Shown: positions 20,903 through 33,435, counted from the first letter of the stretch. The stretch: 64,000 nt of DNA from an uncultured Acidimicrobiaceae bacterium (GCA_963848355.1 CAWKDG010000001.1:413243-477242); one strand, 5' to 3'. Notes: generated from the sequence alone by a model not told the origin. Numbers and translations are program-made.

Positions 20903-21469
20903 TTACCGCCCGTAGAGCTGGTGGACGTGCGCTTCGGGGTCCTCTTCCAACGCTTCTCGATCGCCGGCGGCGACGAAGCGCAGGTTGCGGTACCGGCCGG
21001 CCACGTCGAGGCCGTATCCGAGAAGCAGCTCGTCCGGGGCCTCGAACCCGGCGAAGCGGACGGGCACGGGCACGATCCGGCGGGCCCGGCGGTCGAACAA
21101 CGTGCAGACCTCGACCGACGCCGGCCCCCGGCGCCGCAGCTCGCCCAGGACATAGGTGGAGGTGAGGCCGGTGTCGACGATGTCCTCCACGAGGACCACG
21201 TGTCGGTCGTGGACGTCGTTGTCCAGGTCTTTCACGATCCGGACGCGCCCGGTCCCCTCGGTGTAGGCCGAGATGCCCAGAAAGTCGACCTCGGTGGGGA
21301 CGGTCACGTGGCGGACCAGATCGGCCAGGAAGAAGATGCTCCCCTTGAGGACGGCCACGAAGAGCACGCCCGCCGGGTAGGCGTCACTCACCTCGGCGCC
21401 CAGTCGGGCGGTGGCGGCGGCCAGCTCCTCGCGGTCGTGGAGGATCCGGGCGCCGGCCCGCCCCGTCAC
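20903..21469 (-). CDS. hpt: Hypoxanthine phosphoribosyltransferase
   Basis: 188 aa with PRPP motif VVLVEDIVDTGLT and GYGLDVAGRYRNL. GTGA overlap with the upstream MerR gene. Confidence 0.9.
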   Translation of the reverse strand: MTGRAGARILHDREELAAATARLGAEVSDAYPAGVLFVAVLKGSIFFLADLVRHVTVPTEVDFLGISAYTEGTGRVRIVKDLDNDVHDRHVVLVEDIVDTGLTSTYVLGELRRRGPASVEVCTLFDRRARRIVPVPVRFAGFEAPDELLLGYGLDVAGRYRNLRFVAAGDREALEEDPEAHVHQLYGR

Positions 21470-22530
21470 CCGCCCAATTGGTCGCGCAGGGCGTTGCGCA
21501 GGAGAACGACCCGCAGTGCCTGACCGAGACGGGACAATTCGGTCACGTTGTCCTGGGCCCGTTGGCGAGCCTCGGGATTGCGCTGCTTGAGCAGGGGCAG
21601 GACGATCTGCTCGATGAAGCCCGCCTCGCGCTCGGCCGCATGTTTGTGCAACCGGAGGTGGCGGGCCTCGACACCGAAACGGGCGAACCCGGCCGCCGTC
21701 CGGGCGATGGTCAGGGCGTCGTCGTCGTAGTAGGTGACGCCGCCCACGGCGCGCCCGGTGACCAGGCCGAACGATTCGAGCTGCTGGACGTCACCGACGG
21801 TCAGACCGGCCGCCGACGCCAGCTCTTCGATCGTCATGCTGGCCCCCGACATCGTCGAGGGCGGCGCCTCGACCACGGGGGGAGCGGGTGGCGTCGGCGC
21901 CGCGGCCTTGGCCGACGCCGCCTTGGAGGCACCGCGGCCCCCGGCCGGACGCGACGTGGCGCTGCGACGGGTGGCGGCGGCCACCGGCGGCGCCGCCTTC
22001 TCCGACCCCTCGTCGCCGGCGGAGGCGAAGGTGGCGGCCGTCATCTCGACCGTGCCGACGGGGGCCGGGGCGGCCGCCTGGGTCTCGAAGCCGGGCAGGG
22101 ACGATCCCGAGGCCGAACGCCTTCCCGCCGTGGTGGACAGCGGTGCGCCCTGCCCCACCAGCACCGGTTCGGGACGGCGGCGATCGTCGGCCGTCGCGGC
22201 GCCGTCGAGGATGTCGTCGTCCCGCACGTCTGCGTCCATCGCGTCCGCCGGCACGGCGTCGAGATCGTCGAACCCGTCGCCCTCGGCCCCTTCGTCGAGA
22301 CGGCCCTTGATCACCTTCAAGGGGAGGAAGTGCTCGCGTTGCTGGCGCAGCACCCAGCGCAGGCGCTCGACGTCCTGCTCGTAGAACTTCCGGTACCCCG
22401 ACGGGGTGCGCTCGGGGTTCACCAGTCCCTGACTCTCGAGGAAGCGGATCTTCGAGATGGTGACGTCAGGGAACTCCTGGCGCAGCAGGGTGAGGACGTC
22501 CCCGATGGACAGATACGTCCGGCCGCTCAC
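21466..22530 (-). CDS. MerR-family transcriptional regulator with two MerR-like HTH segments
   Basis: N-terminus YLSIGDVLTLLRQEFPDVTISKIRFLESQGLVNPERTPSGYRKFY, an Ala/Pro-rich linker, and a second MerR-like segment (MTIEELASAAGLTVGDVQQLESFGLV). Confidence 0.8.
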   Translation of the reverse strand: MSGRTYLSIGDVLTLLRQEFPDVTISKIRFLESQGLVNPERTPSGYRKFYEQDVERLRWVLRQQREHFLPLKVIKGRLDEGAEGDGFDDLDAVPADAMDADVRDDDILDGAATADDRRRPEPVLVGQGAPLSTTAGRRSASGSSLPGFETQAAAPAPVGTVEMTAATFASAGDEGSEKAAPPVAAATRRSATSRPAGGRGASKAASAKAAAPTPPAPPVVEAPPSTMSGASMTIEELASAAGLTVGDVQQLESFGLVTGRAVGGVTYYDDDALTIARTAAGFARFGVEARHLRLHKHAAEREAGFIEQIVLPLLKQRNPEARQRAQDNVTELSRLGQALRVVLLRNALRDQLGG

Positions 22531-22552
22531 CGTCCGCTCCCATCCGGCCCCG

Positions 22553-23035
22553 TCACTCGTCCACCGCCGCCAGATAGACGAGTTTGAATTTCCCGATCTG
22601 GACCTCGTCCCCCGTGGCCAGGATGGCCTCTTCGATCCGCTCCCGATTCACGTAGGTCCCGTTCAGCGAGCCCACGTCACGGATGGAGTACACCCCGTCA
22701 CGGCCGACGAACTCGGCGTGACGCCGGGACACGGTGATGTCGTCCAGGAAGATGTCGCTCTCGGGGTGCCGGCCGGCCCTCGTGACATCGGAGTCGAGAA
22801 CGTAGCGGGTGCCGGCGTTCGGCCCCCGCTTCACGACCAGGAGCCCGGCCCCGCTGGGGCGGTCGGGCAGGGTCACGGCGAGCTCGTCGTCGCCGGCCTC
22901 GCCCTGGGCGTCGACCGGGTGGAGGGTGACGGTGGTGTCGGAGGTGGGCGGTCCGAGCACGCCGCCGCACGACGAGCAGAAATTGGCGCTCGTCGGGTTG
23001 CGGTGCCCGCAGTTGTTGCAGAACACGCCATCCAC
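22553..23035 (-). CDS. FHA-domain protein (GarA/OdhI-like) with an N-terminal zinc ribbon
   Basis: CNNCGHRNPTSANFCSSCG, then TSDTTVT, then the FHA core (AGRHPESDIFLDDITVSRRHAEF...GSLNGTYVN). Confidence 0.85.
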   Translation of the reverse strand: MDGVFCNNCGHRNPTSANFCSSCGGVLGPPTSDTTVTLHPVDAQGEAGDDELAVTLPDRPSGAGLLVVKRGPNAGTRYVLDSDVTRAGRHPESDIFLDDITVSRRHAEFVGRDGVYSIRDVGSLNGTYVNRERIEEAILATGDEVQIGKFKLVYLAAVDE

Positions 23036-23070
23036 GCTAGTTCCTCACCTGATCCCGTCTCGACGGGGCA

Positions 23071-23481
23071 CTACCCCGCGATCAGCTCCGAGTACCCGGC
23101 GGCGTCGAGAAGACCGGTGACGGCGTCCGGTTCCGTGGGGACGATCTCGCAGATCCATCCATCTCCGTAGGGGTCGGCGTTCAGCTGCTCGGGTGCCGTC
23201 GTCAGGGCCTCGTTCACGGCCACGACCTCACCGGCGACGGGTGCGTAGATCTCCGAGACCGACTTCGTCGACTCGACCTCACCGAGGACACCGCGCGCGT
23301 CCACGTGCGCGCCGAGTTCGGGGAGAGAGACGAAGACGACGTCTCCGAGGGCGTCCTGCGCGTAGTCGGTGATGCCGATCCGCACACGGCCGCCGTCCTG
23401 ACGGACCCACTCGTGGTCGGAGCTGTAGTGCAAATCGTCGGGCACCTGCATGGCGGGGACCCTACCGGAAACGTCCGTCAA
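23071..23481 (-). CDS. gcvH: Glycine cleavage system H protein
   Basis: 136 aa with lipoyl-lysine context GEVESTKSVSEIYAPVAGEVV. Confidence 0.9.
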   Translation of the reverse strand: MTDVSGRVPAMQVPDDLHYSSDHEWVRQDGGRVRIGITDYAQDALGDVVFVSLPELGAHVDARGVLGEVESTKSVSEIYAPVAGEVVAVNEALTTAPEQLNADPYGDGWICEIVPTEPDAVTGLLDAAGYSELIAG

Positions 23482-23493
23482 CCGCCCGGGGCC

Positions 23494-25981
23494 TCAACGC
23501 AACATCTGGCGGATCCGCACGGCGTGGTCCGAGGCCCGGGCCCGGGCCTTGGCGTCGGTCGCCGCCTCGGCCCAGACGTGGGTCAACGGCTCCTCGGGGT
23601 CGGGGACGATGAGGACCCAGCCGTCGGCCTCGGGGATCTTGACCCCGTCGACCAGCATCACCGGACGTCCCTTCGTCCGCTCGACGGCGATGCGCATGAC
23701 CGTCCCCTTCTGCTCCCACGGGGTGACGACCTCCTCGTGGGCGATGTGGACGGTGGGCAGTCGTCCCGTGAGCTTCGCCATCGACTCACCCGTCATGGCC
23801 AGCATCCCGAGGAGGTGGACGAGGGTGGCCACGGCGTCGAAGGCGGGGAGGAAGCGGGGAAGATGAACCCCCCCATCTGACTGGCGGCGAACGTCACCCC
23901 GCCGGCGCTCGAGAGCTCCATGAGATGGGTCGCCGACAGCTTCGTCCACACGATCTCGGCGCCGGCGGCGGCGCAGATCTGCTCGGCCGCCACCGGGACG
24001 GAGACGGGCAGCGCCACCTTGGCCCCGGGCGTGGTGGAGACGACCAGGTCGAGCAGCAGGAGCAGGGCCTCGTCGTCGGTGAGGACCCGGCCCTCCCCGT
24101 CGACCAGGGTGATGTGCTCCCCACCGGGATCGATCACCGCCCCCACGTGGGCCCCCGACGCCCGGACGAGGTCGGAGACCCGGGAGGCCGAGGCGGCGCG
24201 GTCGTTGGAGACGACCGCCGCCGTCGCCGCATAGGGGTTGACGACGAGGACCTCGGCGCCCAACTTGGCCAGGACGTTGGGCATCACGAAGCTGGAGGTG
24301 CCGTAGGAGTAGTCGAGGACGAGTTTGAATTCGGCGGCGGCGATGGCGTCGACGTCGACGGCCGTCATCATGGCCGCCGTGTAGAGCTCGAGGGCCCGCG
24401 GCGGGAATTCGATGTCGCCGATCTCCGAGGCCAGAGCCCGACGGAATTCCTCGCGATGGTAGAGACGCTCGATCTTGCGCTGGGTGGCCTCGGCCACATC
24501 GATCCCGTCCTCGTCGAAGAAGCGGATCATCACCGACTGGGCGTCGTCCTCGAAGAGGCGGACGGTGATCCCACCGAGGCTCGACCCCGAGCGCACGTGG
24601 GACCGCGTGACGGGGACGGTGGCCACCTCGAGGTCGTCGACGTTGACGCCGGCGGCGTTGCAGCCGACGATGACGGCGCGCTTGAGCACCGCGGCGCGGC
24701 GCGACTGGTGTCGCGCGAGGTGGTGACGGTGGAGCCTCTCTCCAGGTTGCTGGCCCAGGCCATCGACAGACGCATGGCCAGCTCGGGGCTGATGTCGACG
24801 TTGGCCAGCCCGGTGACGCCCGACCGCCCGAAGAGGCTCCGCGGACCGCGCGATTCCCACACGATCGACGTGTTGACGATGGCGCCGGCCTCCACCGTCT
24901 TGAAGGGGTAGACCTTGACCCCGGACTTGAGGACGGCCTGGGCGCCGACGAAGGTCTCGTCGCCGAGGACCACACCCTCTTCGCAGCGCACGCCCTGGCG
25001 CAGGTCGCACGAGCGCCCGAGGACGCATCCGTCGAGGCGCACCCCGGCCCCGAGGAAGCCGTTGTCGTGGACCACGGTGCGCTCGAGGGACGTGTTGTCC
25101 CCGATGCGGACGTTGGCCCCGAGGACGCAGTACGAGCCGATGACGGTGTCGGCCCCGATGTGGCAGTTGTCGCCGATGATGGCCGGACCGCGGACCTCGG
25201 CCGTCGGATCGACGGCGGCGCCTTTGCCCAACCAGACCCCGGGCCGCAGGGGGAAGCCGCTCACCTGCACATCGACCTTCTCGTCGAGAATGTCCTGGTG
25301 GGCGCGCACGTAGGCCTCGAGGGTGCCGACGTCCTCCCAGTAGCCGGCCGTCACGGCGCCGTAGAGGGGCTTGCCGGCGTCGAGGACGCCGGGGAACACC
25401 TCCTCGGAGAAGTCCACCGGGCGCCCGGCGGGGATGAAGTCGAGGATCTCCGGTTCGAGGACGTAGATCCCGGTGTTGATGGTGTCGCTGAAGACCTGGC
25501 CCCAGGTGGGCTTCTCCAGGAAACGCTCGATCGAGCCGTCCTCGCGGGTGATGACGATGCCGAACTCGAGCGGGTCCTCGACCGCCTTCAGAGCGATGGT
25601 GGCCAGCGCCCCCTTGGTCACGTGGAAGTCGACGACGGCCGTCAGGTCGATGTCGGTGAGGACGTCGCCGGAGATCACGACGAAGCGCTCGTCGAGCTCG
25701 TCGCGGGCGTTGAGCACCGAACCGGCCGTCCCCAGGGGAGTCTCCTCGGTGGCGTAGACCATCCGGACCCCGAACTCCGACCCGTCGCCGAAGTAGCTCC
25801 GGATGGCGTTGGCCATGAAGGCCACCGTGACGACGATGTCCTCGAAGCCGTGCTGGCGCAGCAGGCCGACGACGTGCTCCATCATGGGCCGGTTGGCCAT
25901 GGGCAACATCGGCTTGGGTTGATTCGAGGTCAGCGGGCGCAGACGGGTACCTTCGCCACCCGCCATGATCAGCGCTTTCAC
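23494..25981 (-). pseudogene. Fused sugar-1-phosphate nucleotidyltransferase (mannose-1-P guanylyltransferase-like) / phosphomannomutase, frame broken twice
   Basis: GTG 25981 VKALIMAGGEGTRLRPLT, then a left-handed beta-helix region, then PGM/PMM domains. The protein continues across three listed ORFs (24530..26059, 23793..25028, 23494..24975), each offset by -1. The breaks are near 24690-24705 and at the G4 run 23856-23859. Confidence 0.75.
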
Positions 25982-26000
25982 GGGAGCATCACGGCCGACC

Positions 26001-26702
26001 CTACCTCGCAGGCGGGCCCGTGACACCGGGATCGCCGGCCCTCGGCGTGCCGGCGTCACGGCGTCGTCCGTCGCGTCCGCGGGCCAGGGCGCGCCGGGCC
26101 ACGGGCACGTAGGAGGCGGCGGCCACCCAGGCCAGGACCAGAGCGGGGACGGCGCACAGCCAGGCCACGACGGTCAGCACCGACTGCCACTCGGCCGGCC
26201 CGTGGGCCAGGAGGAAGATCGGATAGGCGACCATCAGCCCGAAGGTCCCGGCCTTGCCCACCCAGAGGACGTCGATGCGCTCGGCTCCGAGGGCGGCGAG
26301 GAGGAGCACGGCCCCCGAGACGACGACCTCCCTGATCACGGTGGCCAGCCCGAACCACAGGGGCACCGCCCCGTGGACGATCACGGCGATCACGGCCGTC
26401 CCCACCAGGATCCGGTCGGCCACCGGGTCGAGGACCTTCCCCAGGTTCGACACCTGGTGCCAACGCCGGGCCACGAAGCCGTCGACCCAGTCGGTGGCCC
26501 CGAGCACGGCCAGGAGGATCGCCGCGTCGGTCTGGCGGTGGGCGCCGAAGAGCAGCCACAGGAACAGCGGGACGCAGGCCAGGCGGACAGCGGTGATGAG
26601 GTTGGGAGCGGTCAGGACCCGACCGAGGGCGACGGCATCGGTCTCGGCATCGGTCTCGGCGCCGGTCGGGGCCCCGTCCGACGCCGCGTCCTGGGCCATC
26701 AC
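26001..26702 (-). CDS. CDP-alcohol phosphatidyltransferase (PgsA / eukaryote-type cardiolipin synthase class)
   Basis: Motif DWVDGFVARRWHQVSNLGKVLDPVADRIL = D(x)2DG(x)2AR(x)8G(x)3D(x)3D, with multiple TM segments. Confidence 0.8.
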   Translation of the reverse strand: MMAQDAASDGAPTGAETDAETDAVALGRVLTAPNLITAVRLACVPLFLWLLFGAHRQTDAAILLAVLGATDWVDGFVARRWHQVSNLGKVLDPVADRILVGTAVIAVIVHGAVPLWFGLATVIREVVVSGAVLLLAALGAERIDVLWVGKAGTFGLMVAYPIFLLAHGPAEWQSVLTVVAWLCAVPALVLAWVAAASYVPVARRALARGRDGRRRDAGTPRAGDPGVTGPPAR

Positions 26703-26816
26703 GCCCCCATCCTACGGGGCGGCCGCTGTCTCCCCCCGGACCGGACCGCCTCCCCCGGACCGGACGGGGCCGGGGCCGTTTCGGAGCGATCGCAGCGGGT
26801 GTGGTACGCAGGAGCG

Positions 26817-28019
26817 GTGCCCCTCTTCGAACCGTTCGCCGGACTCCGCTACGACCCCGCCATCCCCCTCGACCGGGTCATCGCCCCGCCCTACGACGTC
26901 GTCGACGCCGCCGAGCGGGCCGTCCTGGCCGGGCGGCACCTGGCCAACGCCATCCACGTCGAGCTCCCCGTCGACGATCCCCGGACGGGCCTCGACCGGT
27001 ACCAGTCGGCCGCCGCCCTCCTGACCCGGTGGCGGGCCGAGGGGATCCTCCAGCTCGACGGGGCACCGGCCTTCTACGCCTACCGGATGACGGTGCCGGG
27101 CGGGAGGACCACCACCGGCGTCATCGGGGCGCTCGGGTGCGACCCCGCCGGAGGCGACGTGCTCCCCCACGAGCAGACGATGCCGAAGGACACGACCGAC
27201 CGCCTCGACCTGCTGCGCGCCTGTCGGGCCAACCTCTCCCCCATCTGGGGTCTCTCGCTCACCCCGGGGTTGTCGAAGAGCTACGAGCCCGACGGTCCGC
27301 CCACGGCCGCGGCCACCGACGACGACGGGGTCGGCCACGCCCTGTGGGTCCTCGACGACCCGGCGGTCGTCGAGGCCGTGACCGCCGGTGTCGGCGCCTC
27401 CCCCCTCGTGATCGCCGACGGCCACCACCGCTACCAGACGGCCCTCACCTACCAGGCCGAGCGACGGGCCGCCGACGGCACCGACGACGCCGGGGTCCGC
27501 CGGGGCTACGACTCGATCATGGCCTTCGTGGTCGAGCTGAGCGAGGACCAGCTGGCCGTCGGCCCCATCCACCGGACGCTCTCGGGCCTCCCCCCCGACC
27601 TCGATCTGGCGGCGACGTTCGGGGAGTGGTTCGACACCGTCCACGTGGGCCCGGCCGACACCACCCTGATCGAAGCGGTGGCCGACTCGCAGGCCCTCGC
27701 CCTCGTCACCGCCGACGACGTCTGGTTGCTGACGCCACGCGAGGAGACGTACAGCGCGGCGGGCTCCGACCTCGACTCCAGCCTCATCGCCCTCGTCGTC
27801 GACGCCATCCCCGGGGTCACGACCACGTACCACCACGACTGGCACTCGGCCATCGCCTCGGTGGCGTCGGGAGAGTCCGGCGCGGCCGTGCTCATCCGCC
27901 CGGTGACGGTGGCCCAGATCGGCGAATGGGCCCACGCCCACCGGCGGATGCCGCCGAAGAGCACCTACTTCCACCCGAAGCCGCGCACGGGAATGGTCTT
28001 CCGCCCCGTCGACGACTGA
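26817..28019 (+). CDS. DUF1015 domain protein
   Basis: In-frame part of ORF 25965..28019 from GTG 26817: VPLFEPFAGLRYDP...VLPHEQTMPKDTTDRLDLLRACRANLSPIWG...YFHPKPRTG. GTG 26799 is an alternative start. Confidence 0.7.
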   Translation: MPLFEPFAGLRYDPAIPLDRVIAPPYDVVDAAERAVLAGRHLANAIHVELPVDDPRTGLDRYQSAAALLTRWRAEGILQLDGAPAFYAYRMTVPGGRTTTGVIGALGCDPAGGDVLPHEQTMPKDTTDRLDLLRACRANLSPIWGLSLTPGLSKSYEPDGPPTAAATDDDGVGHALWVLDDPAVVEAVTAGVGASPLVIADGHHRYQTALTYQAERRAADGTDDAGVRRGYDSIMAFVVELSEDQLAVGPIHRTLSGLPPDLDLAATFGEWFDTVHVGPADTTLIEAVADSQALALVTADDVWLLTPREETYSAAGSDLDSSLIALVVDAIPGVTTTYHHDWHSAIASVASGESGAAVLIRPVTVAQIGEWAHAHRRMPPKSTYFHPKPRTGMVFRPVDD

Positions 28020-28025
28020 ACCCGA

Positions 28026-28100
28026 GGAACAGGGGCGGTGCGGCGACCCCCCAGCCGCAGCGGGCCGGCCGCGGTCTTTGCGCCGCACACGCCCCGTTCC
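28026..28100. repeat. Imperfect 20-nt inverted repeat (long stem-loop) between convergent genes
   Basis: ggaacaggggcggtgcggcg (28026-28045) against cgccgcacacgccccgttcc (28081-28100). Possible bidirectional terminator. Confidence 0.5.
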
Positions 28101-28198
28101 TATACCCCCCGATGGGCATCGGACGGCCGGTCGTCCGGCTCGGGTCCGTCTGCCCACAGCACCTATCGGCGCGCCGGTGCCCGCCATTGAGCGGGGGC

Positions 28199-28247
28199 AC
28201 GGAGAGTGGTCGGACGGGAGAGTGGCCGGAAGGGAGAGTGGCGGACC
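28199..28247. repeat. 15-17 bp tandem repeat, three copies (GGGAGAGTGGnCGGA), just past the korB stop
   Basis: cggagagtggtcgga / cgggagagtggccggaa / gggagagtggcggac. Confidence 0.85.
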
Positions 28248-28248
28248 G

Positions 28249-29267
28249 TCAGGCTTCGACGGTCCAGGTCCCGCCGGAGGCGAGAAGGGACGTGAGGTCG
28301 CCGGGACCCTTGCGGTCGGCGGCCTCGAGCAGTTGCCGGTCCATGGCGGCGCCGTACTCGGTGCGCTCCACGGCGCGGAAGACGCCGATGGGCGTGGGCT
28401 CATAGGGACCGCGCGCCAGGCGGCTCAGCTGGAAGGCCAGTCCCGGGTCGTCACGCTTCTCGTCGTGCACGAGGAGGGCGTCCTCCCCGACGTCGGCCAC
28501 TTCGACCACGCTCACCTGCCCGTCGCGCCCGAGGACGACGCCGTGCTGGAGATCGGCCCCGAAGCGGATGGGCTGGCCGTGGACGAGGGGGACGAGCTGA
28601 TCGGGACGGGCGTCCTTGGCCGTGATCTTCTCGAAGGCGCCGTCGTTGAAGACATTGCAGTTCTGGTAGATCTCGACGAAGGCGGCGCCGCGGTGGTCGT
28701 GGGCCCGGCGGAACGTCTCCTGCATGTGCTTGCGGTCCATGTCGTGGGTGCGGGCCACGAAGGTGGCCTCGGCCCCGAGGGCCAGCGAGATCGGGTTGAA
28801 GGGGGTCTCGAGCGAGCCGAACGGCGTCGACTTCGTCACCTTCCCCTGTTCCGAGGTCGGTGAGTACTGGCCCTTCGTCAGGCCGTAGATCTGGTTGTTG
28901 AAGAGAAGGATGGTGATGTTCACGTTGCGGCGCAGCGCGTGGATGAGGTGGTTGCCCCCGATCGAGAGGGCGTCGCCGTCACCGGTGACCACCCAGACGT
29001 CGAGATCGGGACGGGTCACGGCCAGTCCGGTGGCCACCGCCGGGGCCCGGCCGTGGATGGAGTGCAGACCGTAGGTGTTCATGTAGTACGGGAAACGCGC
29101 GGCGCAGCCGATCCCCGAGAGGAAGACGGTGTTCTCGCGGCTGACGCCGAGCTCGGGCATGAGCAGGCGGACGGCGGTGAGGATGGAGTAGTCCCCGCAG
29201 CCCGGGCACCACCGGACCTCCTGGTCCGAGGTCCAGTCCTTGGCCGTCGTCACCGTCCCCGTGTCGG

Positions 29268-29271
<4 letters not shown>
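28249..29271 (-). CDS. korB: 2-oxoglutarate/2-oxoacid:ferredoxin oxidoreductase beta subunit
   Basis: From GTG 29271 (GTGA overlap with korA): [31 protein letters not shown], TPP-binding GDGDALSIGGNH. Confidence 0.85.
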
Positions 29272-31178
<1,907 letters not shown>

Positions 31179-31338
31179 ACGTCCTCCGTCTCTCGGCTCC
31201 CCCGGTCGACCCCGAGGGGTGGGTCGAGCCACGAATTGCGAGCCACGCGTCCAGTGGATGCGGCTCTCCACCGAGCATAGTGCCGTCCGCTCCGGCCACT
31301 GGCGGAGCCTCGCCCCCGCCGGGATCGTCGGTGAGGGG

Positions 31339-32394
31339 TCAGGCGATGGTGATCGCCTTGTCCAGGAAGACGTCCTGGACGGCGTGGAGAAGGTCGACAC
31401 CCTCGGCCATCGGCCGTTGGAAGGCCTTCCGACCGACGATCAGGCCGGTCCCGCCGGCCCGCTTGTTGATGACGGCGGTGCGGACGGCCTTGGCCACGTC
31501 GTCGGATCCGCTCGAGGCCCCCCCGGAGTTGATCAGGGCGATCCGGCCCGCGTAACAGTTCACGACCTGCCAGCGGGTCCGGTCGATGGGGTTGTCGGTG
31601 GTCAGCTGTTCGTAGACGAGGGGGTCGGTCATCCCGAACTTGAGGGCGGTGTAACCACCGTTGTTCTCGGGCTGCTTCTGCTTGATGATGTCGGCCTCGA
31701 TGGTGACGCCCATGTGGTTGGCCTGACCGGTGAGGTCGGCCGACAGCGTGTAGTCGGCCTCCTTCGTCTTGAAGCCCTCGTTGCGGAGGTAGCACCACAG
31801 GACGGTGAAGAGGCCGAGGGAGTGCGCGTGCTGGAACGCTTTGCGCACCTCCTGGATCTGCCGGTCGGACTCGTCGGAGCCGTAATAGATGGTGGCGCCG
31901 ACCCCGACGGCCCCGAGATCGACCGCTTGCCGGACCGAACCGAAGAAGACCTGATCGTAGGTATTCGGGTAGTGGAGGAAGTCGTTGTGGTTCAGCTTCA
32001 CGATGAAGGGGATCTTGTGGGCGTAACGCCGGGCCACGATCCCGAGTCCGCCGAGGGTGGTGGCGATGGCCGACGACCCCCCCTCGAGAGCCAGCTCGAT
32101 GAGGTTGGCCGGATCGAAGTAGGCGGGGTTCTTGGCGAAGGAGGCGGCGGCCGAGTGCTCGATCCCCTGATCGACGGGGAGGATGGAGAGGTAGCCGGTG
32201 CCGCCGAGGCGGCCGTGGGCGTAGACCGAGGCCAGGTTCCGGACCACGGGGATGGGACGGTCCGACGCCAGCAGGACGCGGTCGACGTAGTCGGGACCGG
32301 GCAGCGTCAGCTCGTCGGCTGTGATCCCCTTGCACTGATGGTCGAGCAGATCGCGGGCGTCGTCGCCGAGGAGCTTTTCGTAGTCGGTGGCCAT
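31339..32394 (-). CDS. fbaB: Class I fructose-bisphosphate aldolase (FbaB/DhnA type)
   Basis: 351 aa from ATG 32394. Near-colinear with my recollection of E. coli FbaB (…[22 protein letters not shown]…VKLNHN…DLTGQANH…[18 protein letters not shown]…). Confidence 0.9.
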   Translation of the reverse strand: MATDYEKLLGDDARDLLDHQCKGITADELTLPGPDYVDRVLLASDRPIPVVRNLASVYAHGRLGGTGYLSILPVDQGIEHSAAASFAKNPAYFDPANLIELALEGGSSAIATTLGGLGIVARRYAHKIPFIVKLNHNDFLHYPNTYDQVFFGSVRQAVDLGAVGVGATIYYGSDESDRQIQEVRKAFQHAHSLGLFTVLWCYLRNEGFKTKEADYTLSADLTGQANHMGVTIEADIIKQKQPENNGGYTALKFGMTDPLVYEQLTTDNPIDRTRWQVVNCYAGRIALINSGGASSGSDDVAKAVRTAVINKRAGGTGLIVGRKAFQRPMAEGVDLLHAVQDVFLDKAITIA

Positions 32395-32404
32395 GGTGCC
32401 GAGC

Positions 32405-33424
32405 CTAATCCGCGGTCGATATCGCTTTGCGGGCCCGCTCCAGTCCGGCGTCGTCGACGTCGTGGTGGGTGACGAAGCGGACGATCCCCGGTGCCAGGGT
32501 CCCGGCCAGGACACCCTCGGCCCGGAGCTGCTCCAGGAGCCGGGCGGGGTCGGCGTGGGAGAAGATGACCATGTTGGTCGGCACCCGGGCGGGGTCGCAG
32601 CCCGCCCCCGGCCAGCGCTCGGCCACGGCCTGGGCCAGGCGGCCGGCGCGGGCGTGATCGTCGGCCAGCCGCTCGACCATCGTCCGCAGCGCCACCAGGC
32701 CGGCGGCGGCGATCACCCCGGCCTGCCGCATGGCCCCGCCCAGGCGGTGACGCTCGACCCGCCCCTCGGCGATGACGTCGGGGGGGCCGGCCAGGACCGA
32801 ACCGACGGGAGCACAGAGGCCCTTCGACAGACACGTCATCACGGTGGTCACCGGGTCGGCGAAGGCGGCCGCCGGTGTTGCCGTCGCCACCTCGGCGTTG
32901 AAGAGGCGGGCCCCGTCCATGTGGACGGGGATCCCGACGGCCGCCTCGGCCACGGCCAGAAGGGCGGGGACCGTCCACGAGAGTCCCCCCGAGGGCATGT
33001 GGGTCTGCTCCACGCAGACGAGCCCCGGCCGCGGATGGTGATGGTCGACGGCCTCGCGGGCCCAGCGCACCATGGCCGGATCGAGGGTCCCGTCGTCGTC
33101 GTCGAGCTCGTAGAACTGGATCCCCGCGTTCCGGGAGGCGGCGCCGTCCTCGTAGATCACGACGTGCTGGCGCCGCCCGGCGAGGACGAGCGCGCCCGGC
33201 CGGCACAGGACGCGGAGGGCGATCTGATTGGCCATCACGCCGGAGGGGACGAAGACGGCCGCCGGCTTGCCCACCCGGGCGGCGTAGGCCTCTTCCAGGG
33301 CGCGCACGGTCGGGTCTTCGCCGTACTGGTCGTCGCCCACCTCGGCCTCGGCCATGGCCCGCCGCATCTCCGGCGTCGGCTGCGTGACCGTGTCGCTGCG
33401 GAGATCGACGAAGCCGGACGGCAC
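32405..33424 (-). CDS. ltaE: Low-specificity L-threonine aldolase
   Basis: From GTG 33424: [43 protein letters not shown]-fold, about 339 aa. Confidence 0.8.
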   Translation of the reverse strand: MPSGFVDLRSDTVTQPTPEMRRAMAEAEVGDDQYGEDPTVRALEEAYAARVGKPAAVFVPSGVMANQIALRVLCRPGALVLAGRRQHVVIYEDGAASRNAGIQFYELDDDDGTLDPAMVRWAREAVDHHHPRPGLVCVEQTHMPSGGLSWTVPALLAVAEAAVGIPVHMDGARLFNAEVATATPAAAFADPVTTVMTCLSKGLCAPVGSVLAGPPDVIAEGRVERHRLGGAMRQAGVIAAAGLVALRTMVERLADDHARAGRLAQAVAERWPGAGCDPARVPTNMVIFSHADPARLLEQLRAEGVLAGTLAPGIVRFVTHHDVDDAGLERARKAISTAD

Positions 33425-33435
33425 GGGATCCGATG

